Source: Basidiobolus meristosporus CBS 931.73 (taxonomy: Eukaryota > Fungi > Basidiobolomycota). From it: a DNA stretch of 64,000 nucleotides. Below are positions 11,085-24,004 of this stretch, piece by piece. Position 1 is the stretch's first letter; the number at the start of each line of letters is the position of its first letter. The stretch lies in NCBI GenBank assembly GCA_002104905.1, contig MCFE01000070.1, positions 1 to 64,000 of the forward strand, read 5' to 3'. Both the position numbers and the translations under genes were made by a program. Under the pieces are notes generated by a model. That model had not been told where the DNA came from, did no database searches, and was given only the letters and a program-made list of their open reading frames with translations.

Positions 11085-11514
11085 TGTGTACATACGTCTT
11101 ACAACAGCAAGAATTCATGATATTTACCTAGCAGACGGGATCACACATGGTAGAATCGGATATGGATGGTGAGTGAAGAAAGAATTTCATCACAAATCTA
11201 TTTATATTCCGAACTCGACTCTTCTTGGACGCGAAAAAAAACCATCTTCAACGCACCCCTGTCATCAAGCCTTATACGAGGGTGATGGATCCCTGGAAAT
11301 CAACCATCTGGATTTGGTGTGGATTTGGTGGAAAGCACGGCATTGATTTGAGGTTTGCATGTTTATTAACGTTGATAATATAAAGATAGCAAATCTAGAG
11401 ATACAGTAAAGTATTTTCAAAAAGCTTAAGAAATACAAAACAAAATATACAGCCAATAATATTTATCAACCTTCAAACAGCATTGAATAGATGCATCCCT
11501 TCATGTGGCTCAAA

Positions 11515-14500
11515 TCAGGATTTTTTTGGTCGTTTCAATCCGCTTTCAATGATGAATGTTGGCTCATTCTCTTCGAAAGTTCGCTTCTTGGGTTTGGGTG
11601 CGCTCATACGTACACCACTGGTCTTCTTGACTTGTTTGAGCTTACGTTGGTTAGCCTTCATGTTCGGGGAAGTGTCACTAGCAGTATCAAACTCAAGGCT
11701 ATCGTCAAAATCTGCGGATTCTGAATCATCTTGGTAGTCGGCAACTGAGCCACTTTCATTCATTAGCTCGAGGAACTACAAAATATCAAGCGATGCTTTG
11801 TTAAGATCAGGGTTCTCTGTACGAGCGTCCTACAGGTAATGCCACATTACCCTTTCACTTGTTTGTCTAAGATCCGCGTGATCATCCGAAACATTGCTCG
11901 GGAGCATCAGTTTGTCCCACGATATTGGCTGGATTGCGCGTGGTTGCCGGAAGGCTGGCTTATCCTTGTGACCAGAATCCGAGGGATTAAAGCTTTGGCA
12001 TTTCCTATATAAACAACCGGCAATTAGACCAATCATTCATGAATTTTAACAGGAGCATCATGGCTTGGCTCGCAACTTACGCTTCATTGAGTGAATATGC
12101 GACTTTTAAATACTCTTTCAGTGTGATCAAAAGCCCCATGCAGCCAGCTATTTTGCGATAAACCCGGATTTTGGGGGGCACAGCTAGTTGTAAGACTTAG
12201 TTTAGAGGGGTGACAATCAACAAAAATTGCTGGACAAATACCATCGATGCCGTGCGGTTGCGACTCTATCTGATGCATGACATTGGTTCCAGTCACAGAG
12301 AGTACTTGGTTGATAGTATAGATAAGGTAGAGCACTTCCTCGAATGTTTTGTAATTTAGCACCGAAAGATTCTCGCAGACAAATTTACAAAATCCAAGGT
12401 CAACCTAGTCGAAAAGTTGTCAGTGTATGGACGATGATCAAGTTCGGAGAATCATAAAATACCGCAGATTCAGCAGTTCTCTCCAGATCGAAATCAAATG
12501 TCTTGATCAGCGATTTTAAAAAGTCGTGCCTGCGCTGACGTTTCTCCTTCACAAGCGTATACATGGAGTTCAAAAGCGCCTCTGGTTTAGTATCGAGTTT
12601 AACGATGGCATAGCCTGTATCGACGATCACGACAACGGTAAGTATGCGATTGCAAGTATCATTGGGAGAATACGTGTACCTAAAATGGGCTTATCCTTAG
12701 TTATCTGTCTTTGATAGTCATACGCGGTGCGAACAGCGTCGACGTTCCGTGAATGGATAAACGAAGGGTATTTCTCATTCAAGTGGCAATGCATTTTGTA
12801 GGCTTTTTCCCGGAAGTTCTTTTCGTGACTAGTTTCAAGAGCTACAATTGCGGGAACACACTAAATACAACATTCAAGCTAGCGTTAGAAGTGGCGGCCC
12901 GCAAAACTCGGTATCATCGAAAAGGACCTTGAGAGGATGGACCAAGCCCTGCTGGATAATCTGACTGACAACATCAAGCGCCAATTGTCTTAGCGTATTC
13001 TGCTCAGAGAGCATACAATCAAGGATTTTGTCAAGATAACACTGCATGAGAGAGCTGCTTACACTGTATGGCCAACAAAAACATTAATATCGAAGGGGTG
13101 GTTGAAATTGCAGTACCACATACCCAGCTTCACCCAATTCTTCAGCATTTCCTACCAGCACCTTAATGTCAACCGGTGCGTCTTTGTCATGCTCTAATAT
13201 GATCACGTAAATGTCAGCTGGAGGCCTTATTACATGGGCTAATTTCATGCCATGTTACCTTTTTCAAGAAGCTCTGATTTCTTCTGCTCAGCCAAGAGGA
13301 AATCCAGGTATACTTTCAGCAGTTGAGTCTTGAGTTCAATCGAGTTGGAGGCAAAGATGTCTCCCATCAACTGTTGGCTCGACTCGGCAAGCATTAATTT
13401 AGGTTGTGCCATATAAATATAACCTGGGTTACGCATGAGTGTGATTCTGTATGGTCCTATAAATATCGGACACTAACCTAAGCTCTGAATTGCCACAATG
13501 AGAATATTGGTTTGAAGTTTCGCAGACGCAAAGGACATGATAAGCTCAAACATGAACGGAAGGATGGGGCCCTAGCGAAACAGTGGATCATAAATCAATG
13601 CACCATTCAAGCGTAGATTCAACAAGCAGAGCTATTTACCTTGTGGATGGCATCCAAGTCGGATTGCACCTCTGTTACAGCTAGAGTTAATGCCAGACAA
13701 AATGACGATACCAAAAGAAATATCACATTACCGGGTATTTCGCGTCTCTTCTTGTCATAATTGAAGTGTTTACACAACAACCCCAAGATCATTAGAAGTC
13801 TGACAACGTTTCTGGGCGAGCTCAGATCAAGTCCTTTTTTGATCCGCTCAATCTCGGCAGTAAGTTTCGCTTACATAATGTGTTAGCCAGGGCTCATTTC
13901 TATGGTTCCAGTTTAGGCATACCTGAGCATGAACGCAACAGTTTCGACAGACGTGTATAGTTATGGGTTAGTCGATCTACTATTGCGCATAGGCAAGGGA
14001 CAACTACCAACAAAACCTAAAAAAGTCCAACCTTTAGTACCACGACATGCATATCATTGATACATACATTCCACCGACCATCTGAGAGCTCTTGGACAAG
14101 AGTGTAAACAATTCCTGTTCAAGTCCCTGAAGGAACACAGGGTCCGGGTTCTTCAACAGAGGCACAGAGTTGGAGTATATCATCAGAATAAAGTAAAGAA
14201 TCTTTTGGTCTTCAGCCTATTGAATATAGGTTATAATTTGTCCCAGAAAAGAAAACTGTAGCGCATCATACCGATGTGGATGCCTTGGTGTACGGATGCA
14301 GGACGGTGACATGATCGATCAGTAGCTCCGGGGCAGCCTTGCTAAATAGGTACAATGCATTGATACAATGCACCACAGAACCCTAACAAGTTGTTAATCT
14401 ACAACAGTACTCTCATTTCCACGGGCACAAAATTACTTGCCTTGGAGCTGTCTTCTTCGACGGAGAGGAGGTGTTCCATTAAGCAATCAACCATGCACTG

Positions 14501-17500
14501 GCATATTACAACAACACCTCGATTAAGCTTCCCCTCATTTTTCTCGATAATCTGAAGATTTGTGTGGGTTAGTAGCTATTACAGTTGAAGCTTCAGGTGA
14601 AATGTATTTACTTTCTGGATTAGAACTCCAAGGCTTTCGCCTCCACTAGCGCTCAGCATCTTGACCACATCTACAATGATCAGGGTGCGAGCTAAAATCT
14701 CTTTCTTCCCCGTGACCGACATTTTGGAAAACATTAGGCTTTGATACTGGTCAGGCGTCAATTCCTCCAACTCAAAAAGTCCACTTGATTGGCACTTGAA
14801 CGGTCCAAACCAGATTTCTTGTAGAGTCTTTAGAGCCAGTTCCTACAAGGATTCGCTTCAATTAGAGCCTTCGTCTGGGGCATTCATTTTGCCAGCGAGA
14901 ACTTACTTTAACATTAGAGTCTTCATCATTCACCCGATTTAAGAATTTGAAAGAGATGTCCACCATCATGTCATGGTCTTCACTCTTAAGATATATCTCG
15001 CGTAGTAGCTTGATGACTCTTTTACGAACATTCAACCCGGTATCCTGATGATGGGCGAGTGTTAAGCGAAAGAGATAAAGTTCAGAGTTATGATGGGGAA
15101 TTACCAAGATTCTCTCACTGATGACTTTGTAGTACTGCTGAGTAATTTCGGGTTTTTGGGAAAGATATCTGCCCACCAGATCAATAGCAGCATCACGTAC
15201 TGCAGGTGATAGATCTTGCAAACGATTACCGATGGTGTGACGTACATTAACCTTTGAAACGTGTTAGTCTTGAATATTTGGTTTGGACCAAACATGGCGT
15301 ACCTGACTCAGAATCTCCGGATGAGAAACCACCACTTGGCCTAATGCTTTTAGCGCTTTGGTTCTAAAGGCTACGACGGACATTTCCAAAGCAGCAAGGA
15401 TCTTGGAGAGAAGTACGTCAAAGCTCTGGTAAAGTCCTTGGCGAGTGCCAAGCAATTCAGCAACAGATAGAATGGTGTGACGGTCAGAGAGTTTGCTTTT
15501 CAGTAAAACACAAGGTCAGGATGGGGATATAGGCGGATCTGAAACAAGGCTATATGCTTACTCTCGTCTTTTCTCTGGTTTATCGGTGCTATTCAAAGCG
15601 AATTCTCGTAACACCTCAGAGAACTCCTTAATGGCATCTGAGCTCCATGGGGCGTCGTCGTGTCTACCAGCTTTAGAGGCTTGAATAAAACCAGATGCTG
15701 TGGCACTTCCCCAGTCGCAGAGGTAAAATTGCTTGGCACACTGTAAACGCGAGTCGGTCAGTTGTGAAGGGATTTCCAGGAAAATGGAGGGGGGAGGATT
15801 CGTACCTCTATACCAGGATCTTCCGAAGCCAGCCCCTCCAAATAATCTAACAAGCATTTTTGATACTTGAATAGATTTTGGATAAGCGGCAAGGGGGTTT
15901 CGGCAGTAATCTACGTATGAGTTCGTGCCGATTATTAAAGTGGTCAGGGGTCGGAAAAACGACACGTTGTATTACCTCTCCAGTAGGGATTTCAAGTAGC
16001 CCTCGTGCTCTGTTCTCTTGAGGTTCACTGCCCAGGTCAAAGCTCTCTGTTTCTTCTTTCTTTGGAATGACCGAGTTCATCGATTTCTTGATTTTTGCTG
16101 CAATAATCCCCAAGTAATCAATTGCCATTGACTTGGTGTATGTTTCGGCTCTTTTATCGTCGATGTATCCAACCTATTGTCGTATATCAGAAAATCTATG
16201 ACATTGAAAGGTAGTCAACTGTGGCTGCGGTACCATGATTTTACTGAAAATTCGAACAACAAGCTCGGCACCAGGCCATTCGGGTAGGTTGAGTACAGTC
16301 AAAACATCTTCCATGAAGTTATCCAAAAGCGCCCGATATTCCGCCTCGTTGGAGGATTTGTTCTTGGTACATCTGTTCCACGGGAAATCATGAGAAAATA
16401 AGCGCACCCAAATGGAAATCTGGCGATACTACCTTGAGAGAAGATATTTGAAGATATAGGAGGCGTTGAAATTGGCAGCGTCAAGTCCACTCTTACACAG
16501 GCTGCCAAACTAACAATCAAGCAGTAAGGTTAAGATTCGAGTCCCTTAGACACCCATCGACACTGAAAATAGGGTTACTTTCTCTATCAGCGCTTTCTGC
16601 GATTTCTGTAAACTTGGGCCTTCCTCATCCGGCTCTTTTTGCGTTATTTTCTCCAACTCCTCACTGCTGAATCCGTTGCGAACGATGTGATCAGCACAGC
16701 ACTGAATCAACTGCAAAAGCAAAGCAGAGACCATTTGAATGGATTTGCCATCCACAAGTCTAAAAGAAGTTGTTAAGCAGAGCCCCGATTCAGTTCGGTA
16801 AAGACTACGTACTTGAATTGTCGAAGATTGCGCCGATTCGTGGGTAATTTGATGAGGGACGTTAGGATCTCCTCCAATATCCAAGTGCGCTGATTCGGAT
16901 AGCATGTGAATATAGACCGCAGAAGTCCAAGCGCAGCTAGCTTAATGCCTTCCAAACCAGCAGGAAGAATCGAGGAACTCTCAACGAAAAACGGCGCAAC
17001 AGCGAAGTACCCCACAGTGATCATAACACCATCCGACAGCTCTTGGATATGCATCAACGAGTAGAGCTTGTTGAAGAAAGTGGTTAATGGCAGGATCAGC
17101 GAGTTCAGTTGGCGCTTGATAGTGGTGCTCTTCAGTGCGCTCTGGACCAGCGATTGATCGGAAGCATCCGCCTCGGCCAATTCAAATATCGTAAATAAAG
17201 TCCCCTTCAGCTGGTTCTTGGCTAGATTGAGACTGGATATAATGATGTCTTCGGGATATAGTTGTCGAGTAAGGGTGCCTCCGGTCATCAGGGAGAATGC
17301 ACATATAGCAGCATCAAGGCCGTGCTGAATACTCAGAAGCTTTTCCTCGACTAGATTAAGTTGATGTTGCTCACTGCTTATTTCCTCATCGTCATCGTTG
17401 GGTTTATGAGTGAAAACATCAAGGTCTTCGGCTGCACGAATTGATCTCTCGAGTATTTTCAAGAATCGACTCAAATCTTCCACATTGACATCGCCGAGTT

Positions 17501-18777
17501 TGTTGTACTGGGCAGCCTTACTGATCAATAGCGTCACTCGAGAAATGGTTTCTCTTGTTAAAAGGGCATTCTCTGCAGAGCTGGATGAGGAGATAAAGAA
17601 CTTGAAAGCATCGGTGCTCGTAGTAGAGATGGATGTGTCTGGAGTTAATGAATCTTCTGCCGCAAACATGTCATCCAAAAAGTCGACGAGTCTTGTATAA
17701 GCAGCTAAATATGATTAAATTTGTAGGATGAGTCTCTATCTATTAGTAAAAATTCCTACAAGTATTGAACCTTCCGATGGGTTGCTAAGCGCTTTTTTGT
17801 TTTCGTTGTAATCGGCGTTTCTCTTCGGAGGAGCCTTGTTGCTTTTATTTTGCGGTGGCTGTTTGGCGTTGCTTTGGACCGTTTGTTGCTTGTGTGTCTC
17901 TTGCCGATAAGCTGGCTTTCCTTCTCTACCGGTTTCTGGCACTTGATTGTCAAGGATGTTAGTAACTGAGTTTTGTGATATAACATAAATACAATTGAAG
18001 CATAAACATACCATGATTTGGCTGGGGGACCGGCTGTGGAATTGATTGTAAGTTTGGTTGTGGAGGTAGCCGTTGAATTGGTTGTGGGATTGGTTGAGAA
18101 TTCTCTGCCAACTTGGAGTCCTTGAATTTGTGAATGAAACGGAAGGCATTGCTGTGACTCGGTATCTGCTGCTGGTAAAGTTCTATTATGTCGAGACTTA
18201 GAGACTGCTCAATAAAGTGCCGTATACATTGTATTGAATTACCAGGAGGTACTGGAGCGTCCCCATCGCGATGGCAATAACCCATTACGAGCTTTGCTAA
18301 TAACGGATGAGCCGGAGGCAAGGCTTGGGGGTTCTCAGGCTGGGATGTCGAAGGAGGAATGTGAGGAGTGCTGAATTTTCTGTAGAGGCATTGAAAAATA
18401 AAACTTAGAAATGCACGAGATAAACTGGTAGAAAAGGCACCTTTACAAATATGACGCGTCAACCTCGTTCAAGAGATTCGCGATTGTGGCCACGTAACTG
18501 TTGGCTTCGTTTAAGCTACAGTTCAAGACATTATCCATGTATTCGGTATCGCCAGGGGTGCATAGAGTGAATTCATCGTGTACTATCTTTAGTGAGGGTA
18601 TCTCCTTTATTACTGATGCAGGAAGAATGGTCAGTATAGCATATATAAGGACTCTTCAGAATTATACACACTTGAAAAAGAAGGAGTCAATGATGCCATA
18701 GGCCAGTATTTGAGTGCACCGCGTACATCAGTAGGAGGGAGAAGCCTTCTACTTGTGTCCTCGCTCTCTCCTTCCAT
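11515..18777 (-). CDS. SCC2: Cohesin loader Scc2/NIPBL/Mis4 (many introns; exon structure only partly resolved)
   Basis: Exonic motifs [91 protein letters not shown]; acidic/basic C-terminal tail ending at 11515. Confidence 0.92.
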
Positions 18778-18954
18778 CTTAATTTAACTATATCGACGGG
18801 ATAGGTGATCAGATATACTAGTGTAAGAAGCAGAGAGCTAGAGAAGTCTATCAAGGCTCAACTTGGGAATGCCAACACAAATTCTTAACAACGCATACAT
18901 CTAGTAAACACTAACCAAAATTAAGATCTATACAAAATCAAAACATGCCATTTC

Positions 18955-18982
18955 CCCTCAACCCTCAACCCTCAACCCTCAA
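18955..18982. repeat. (CCCTCAA)4 microsatellite in the divergent SCC2/SYG1 intergenic region
   Basis: Four perfect 7-mers. Confidence 0.8.
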
Positions 18983-19330
18983 CAACAAAACGTGGAGTCG
19001 CTGATCGATCATTGTAAGTCGCGATTAATCGGCTCAAGGAATCACAAAGAGAGGAATATATCGGAAGAATCATATGACTGCCATTCCACACAGCCGACAC
19101 AACCCACTCACGCACAGTGTGAGTAACATTTTGACATCAGCAAACGACGATCGACGTTTGAGACATGAGCTGATTGCTATCATTAAAAAATACCTGACCA
19201 TGCAACCAATATCACTAGATTACCGATTCAGGTAGCGTTTAACCAAATTTCAATTCGGTCATACATTGAAAAGTGTATCAAGTTTAGATCACTTATAAGG
19301 TTAATCATTGTTGCTTCTTTCCTTGGAACC

Positions 19331-22300
19331 ATGAAGTTTGCCAAGTACCTCGAAGCAGAGTCTGTTCCAGAATGGAAGCAGAAGTATATAGATTATAGAG
19401 CCTTGAAAAAAGCCCTTAAGAGAATTGAGGAGAAGCAAGGCCCCCTAAAGAGCAGACCTACTCTTCTGTTCTCGCCAGTCCTAAAGCCATCCGCGGAGGC
19501 TCACCATGCGTCGGGTAGTTCACTTGAACAGCGTCGTGCTAGCAGTGGTAATGTGGGGATTTTCTTCCGCTGCAACTCACAGGCAGATGGTATAAAGAAA
19601 GCCAAAGCCCCCGAACAAGTACCATTTCTTAGATCTCGGACGCTTGACGCACTCAGCATGCCTTCATATACTTTGAGCATGTCAGAAAACTCAGGTGATA
19701 GTTTGCTTCTAGTTGGTGTCTCCGCCACTCTTGTCTGACTGAAGTGTTATACAGAAACCTCTTCTCGGCTTCAAATTGAATTGGCCCGAAGGAGTCCTGA
19801 GGAACGGAGATTTTTTGATTTACTAGATAAGGAGTTGGAAAAAATATGCCAATTCTACGACGGTACGTTCCACAGCAATACCAACAGAAGTGCCATGTTA
19901 ACATGACATTTCTTACACAAAAGAGAAGGAGAAGGAAGCAGTGAAGCGACTCTACGCCTTAAGAGAACAGGTGCTTGTGCTGGAGGCAGCTACGGCTACA
20001 GTAGAGGCAGGCATCTCACTATCACATGCTGGTACATTTCCATTATCACTTACGCTTTAAGGCAGACCAGCTCAAATGAATCTGCAACACATCATCGGAT
20101 AGACCATTCCAAGAAAGACGATCACGATCATGATTGCGATGGCTGCGAGCTATTATACAATGACTCAGTTGATTTAGAGGAAGTGGAGAGGCGTCGGGAG
20201 GAGATAGCCAACAACGAAAAGGCACTTAAACATAAACTAGAGAAGGCGCTTCTCGAGTTCTATCGCAGCGTTGAGTTACTCAAAAATTACAAGGTAGCAG
20301 TGCATTCATAGCGCTTCAACTCAGTGCTTCCTTAACCCGCCATCTTAGATTCTCAATCACACGGGGTTCATGAAGATTTTGAAGAAATTTGAAAAGGTAT
20401 TTGGAGTGTAGGGGATGTATATACACCACCACCAGAGCCGTAAGCTGACTCTGTTGTAGACCACACACTGGAAATGCAGCCAGCTCTATATGGCCAAGGC
20501 GGAGAAACAAAACTTTGTGGCATCGACTATTTTGGATAAGATTATCACCCAGACCGAGGTAGGCAATGGGTTGGTGTGAGTTGGTCGATGGTGATCCGTT
20601 TCATGCTGACATAATCGAAGATTCTGTACACAGACGTTTTCGACGGGAAATCCCGAAAGGAGGCCATGGACAGTCTACGAATTCCCGATCTGAAGAAAAG
20701 GGTAAGCAGTGGTCAGTAGCCTCGGGACGGAACCCACCGCTCACTCTCACTTGTTATAGTCATTTTATTCGACCGCGCTGAGATCGGGGCTCTTTATTGG
20801 AATGTCGCTGCCAGTCTTCTTTAGATCGGTTTATCTAGGTATCTTCATGCTCGTTGTTTCGCGCCTGCCTTTACTCATTTCTTGTGTGTAGCCATGGACC
20901 CGGAGGTCAGGAAGACAATCCCGTATGCGAGTATCACCCTGCAGATATACGGCGGCTTGCTGATGCCTATCATCTTCACCGCTCTGTTTGGTATAAACAT
21001 ATACGTCTGGTCCAAGAACAATGTGAACTACCGGTTTATTTTCGAGTTTGACCCAAGAGACCACTTGCATCGCCATCAATTCCTAGAGGTACCCGTTCTT
21101 TGCGATACTCTCGGCCGCGAGATCCACACTAACTCTGACTCAACCATAAGCTCCCCGCCTTCTTTTTCATGATCTACTCGTACATCTCCAGCTTCACGTT
21201 CTCCAACCCCTTTCCTAACCACATAGCACCCAACACCTACCCTCTGATCTTGGTATGCGCCATACTGTTCTTCTTCTTGTGCCCATTTAGAGTGCTCTAC
21301 TACACGTCCAGGAGATGGCTGATGATTACCTTGTTCCGAATCGTCACGAGCCCTCTGTACTCGGTTTCCTTCCGGGATTTCTTCATTGCCGATGAGCTGA
21401 ACAGTCTTGGTTACTCGCTGATCAACCTACAGCTAATGGCCTGTGCCTATATTTGTAACTGGGCGGACCTTGAGTCCAACTGCAACATCCACGCCTATTG
21501 GATAACTATGTATATCCCCACTCTGCCTGCATGGTGGCGCTTCCTTCAGTGTCTCAGAAGATATTATGACAGTGGTGACACCTACCACCTGATCAACGCT
21601 GGAAAGTACATTTCTTCTATGATACTTCTGTGGGCTGCGGCCGGTGCACGTATCAAAGGTAGTGTCGGTTTGCGTATGTAGTAGCGACGATCACATGATA
21701 ATCCATAATACCATTGTAGGCTCGACTCAAGCCCACGCATTGTGGATTTTCTGCGCCATTGTTGCATCGTGCTACACTTATGCTTGGGATATCAAGATGG
21801 ATTGGGGATTTCTAGAGCCTAACCACAAGCATAGATTCCTGCGAAAAGACCTCGCCTATCCTTGGAAATGGGTAGGTTCCTCCGTTGGATCGCCATCACT
21901 TCCGAATACAACTAACTTCTGGCCTAGGCTTATTACTTCGCCATTGTTTCCAACCTTTTCCTTCGATTCTCTTGGGTTGTCACCGCCTCGAAATCCGTAC
22001 TTGGAACCGGATGGGACCCCAGGCTCGTAGCATTTTTCCTAGGCCTAGGTGAAGTATACAGGTAGGGGGCTGAAGCATAGACACCTTCTCGTCATGGTAT
22101 TCATCGTACTCCTTGTTCAAGACGTTTCCAGTGGAATTTCTTCCGAATGGAGAATGAGGTAAGGATTCATGTTTATATAAAGCCATATACACGGGAATGG
22201 TTCTGATCGATCCTTCTAGCACATTAACAATGTGGGCCGCTACCGTGCCATCAAAGAGATCCCATTGCCGTTTGCCATTAACACTACGGAAAAGGCGATT

Positions 22301-22378
22301 GCGCATGGATTGATTGGAACTGAATTGAAAGAGCACCACGAGTCAAGCCACCGTGGAATAATGCCGCATGAGGAATAA
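19331..22378 (+). CDS. SYG1: SPX-EXS protein Syg1/XPR1 (phosphate export/sensing), multi-exon
   Basis: SPX N-terminus MKFAKYLEAESVPEWKQKYIDYRALKK; EXS motifs FRDFFIADELNSL, WRFLQCLRRYYD, WDIKMDWG, RRFQWNFFRMENEH..N.G..RA.KEIPLPF. Confidence 0.93.
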
Positions 22379-22913
22379 ATATATCAGAGCCATATATATA
22401 TATATATTTCCTGGCGATTTTGTATGCGTACCTGAATAAAGACCACAAAGTACGTTGAACAAGAACCATGGCTTAGAGCACAATATATGTTTCTTGATTA
22501 GCTCATTGTAACTGATTACCCACATTGGCTATTAAACCGGAATTTTTTCAGAGTAATTAGAAGACTTTGTCCAATTCCCGCAAAATAACCAGGATCTGCA
22601 CGGGCATAGTGTCATTAAGTTAGTGCATGGCTGTCATACCAGACCCACTTTGTTCACTGGGATTGCTCAGTAATTGGGAAAGTTGTTCCGATCTACCGAA
22701 TCTGCTCACCTTGGTAAAAAAGTACCCATTGTATTGGATGGAAGGCTATGAATCTAGGAAGAGTAACAGGTTGTGTACATTGAGCTAAATTCAACAAAGG
22801 GCGGCCCATCCAAGGTCGATAAGAAAATCCGGTTTGCTGGGTTGTCTCTGAGACTGTTATTTAAGGCAAATGATTATTGAAAATCCACATATGAATCATA
22901 TCGTTGAACTACT

Positions 22914-23897
22914 ATGAACTATAACGAAGATATGACCTTTGACTCCACTCTTCACAAGCCAGAAGCCACGTTTTCTCCGGAGCAGATGAATCGGCTGATG
23001 AGCATTCTCAACGAGCACAATCGCCTCAATATGATGCTTCTTTCTGAAGGCTATCGCCCCATCCTGATGCCGCCTAATCCATCTCTCTCTCCTTCTCCAT
23101 CGGCTAGTGAATTTCACCTTCCTGAAAGTAGGTCCACCAAGAGAATCCCCCGCCCTAATAACTCATTTATGACATACCGTAAGGAGAAACAAAAGGCGAT
23201 TCTGGATGCCCATCCGGGGATCAATAACAAGGAGGTTTCAAAGATTGTTGGCGAGATGTGGAGGAATGAATCCGAAGCCGTTAAGGAATACTACAGGAAA
23301 AAAGCAGAACAGGGAAAGAAAGAACACGCGTTGAGATATCCTGGCTACAAGTACACTCCGCGTAAGCGTCAAAGAAGAGGGGCAGAGGAATACGCCGGCT
23401 CTCAACGGCAATCTTCCTTTGCGGAAAACTACTCTCCGCTCCCATTCCACTGTGGAAACCCTTCAGTCATTAGAAAGCCCAGCCGCCAGTTTCCTCTGGA
23501 GCTTGGACCATGGAGCAACCCCTCTGATTTCCAACTCTCCCCTTTCCCTCCTCCCGATAGCATGCGCTCTGTAGGCGACCTAAGCTGCTCACAAGACAGT
23601 TTGAGCGAGATGGAGCCTCGGGATGGGAACTTTGCGGAGCAATCCAATCTTTATGATTACCTGGAAAGTGGATTTCTACCACGTCCCACGACCATGAAAT
23701 ACCCCGTTTCATCAGACGTCCTCTCCAGCCTAATGCCAGCCGATCATTACTACGGAATCCCCGCTCAACCCTCCGACTCGCCAGGAGTCAGCGCCCAGCC
23801 ATTAGACTCACCAGGAACCGCCCTCTTCGAAGCAAATGTCCAGCAGTTTGAAGACTACCTCGATGAGATTTTGAACCCCCGTCATGCTAGACATTAG
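22914..23897 (+). CDS. Single HMG-box transcription factor (MATA_HMG/SOX-TCF class), intronless, 327 aa
   Basis: KRIPRPNNSFMTYRKEKQ...VSKIVGEMWRNE...YPGYKYTPRK; S/P-rich C-terminus. Confidence 0.9.
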   Translation: MNYNEDMTFDSTLHKPEATFSPEQMNRLMSILNEHNRLNMMLLSEGYRPILMPPNPSLSPSPSASEFHLPESRSTKRIPRPNNSFMTYRKEKQKAILDAHPGINNKEVSKIVGEMWRNESEAVKEYYRKKAEQGKKEHALRYPGYKYTPRKRQRRGAEEYAGSQRQSSFAENYSPLPFHCGNPSVIRKPSRQFPLELGPWSNPSDFQLSPFPPPDSMRSVGDLSCSQDSLSEMEPRDGNFAEQSNLYDYLESGFLPRPTTMKYPVSSDVLSSLMPADHYYGIPAQPSDSPGVSAQPLDSPGTALFEANVQQFEDYLDEILNPRHARH

Positions 23898-24004
23898 TAT
23901 TGTTTTGACGGCCTAATCATGCATTTTGATATAGAATGTAGAGTTCTCATGTATTTATACCTAATCTTAATAAAGTTTATTCCAAAATGGCAAAATCCTC
24001 TAAT

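Larger units (their letters stand above)
9808..11170 (-). ncRNA. Predicted multi-intron non-coding snoRNA host transcript
   Basis: Six predicted GT-AG introns, each containing one snoRNA, with branch points and pyrimidine-rich acceptors; 52-68 nt internal exons; TATAAATA at ~11199-11206 on the minus strand. Transcript ends are approximate. Confidence 0.7.

Noticed and set aside
22914-23897. Canonical Mucorales sex locus
   Set aside because: The flanking tptA and rnhA genes are absent; neighbours are SYG1 and an LPMO.
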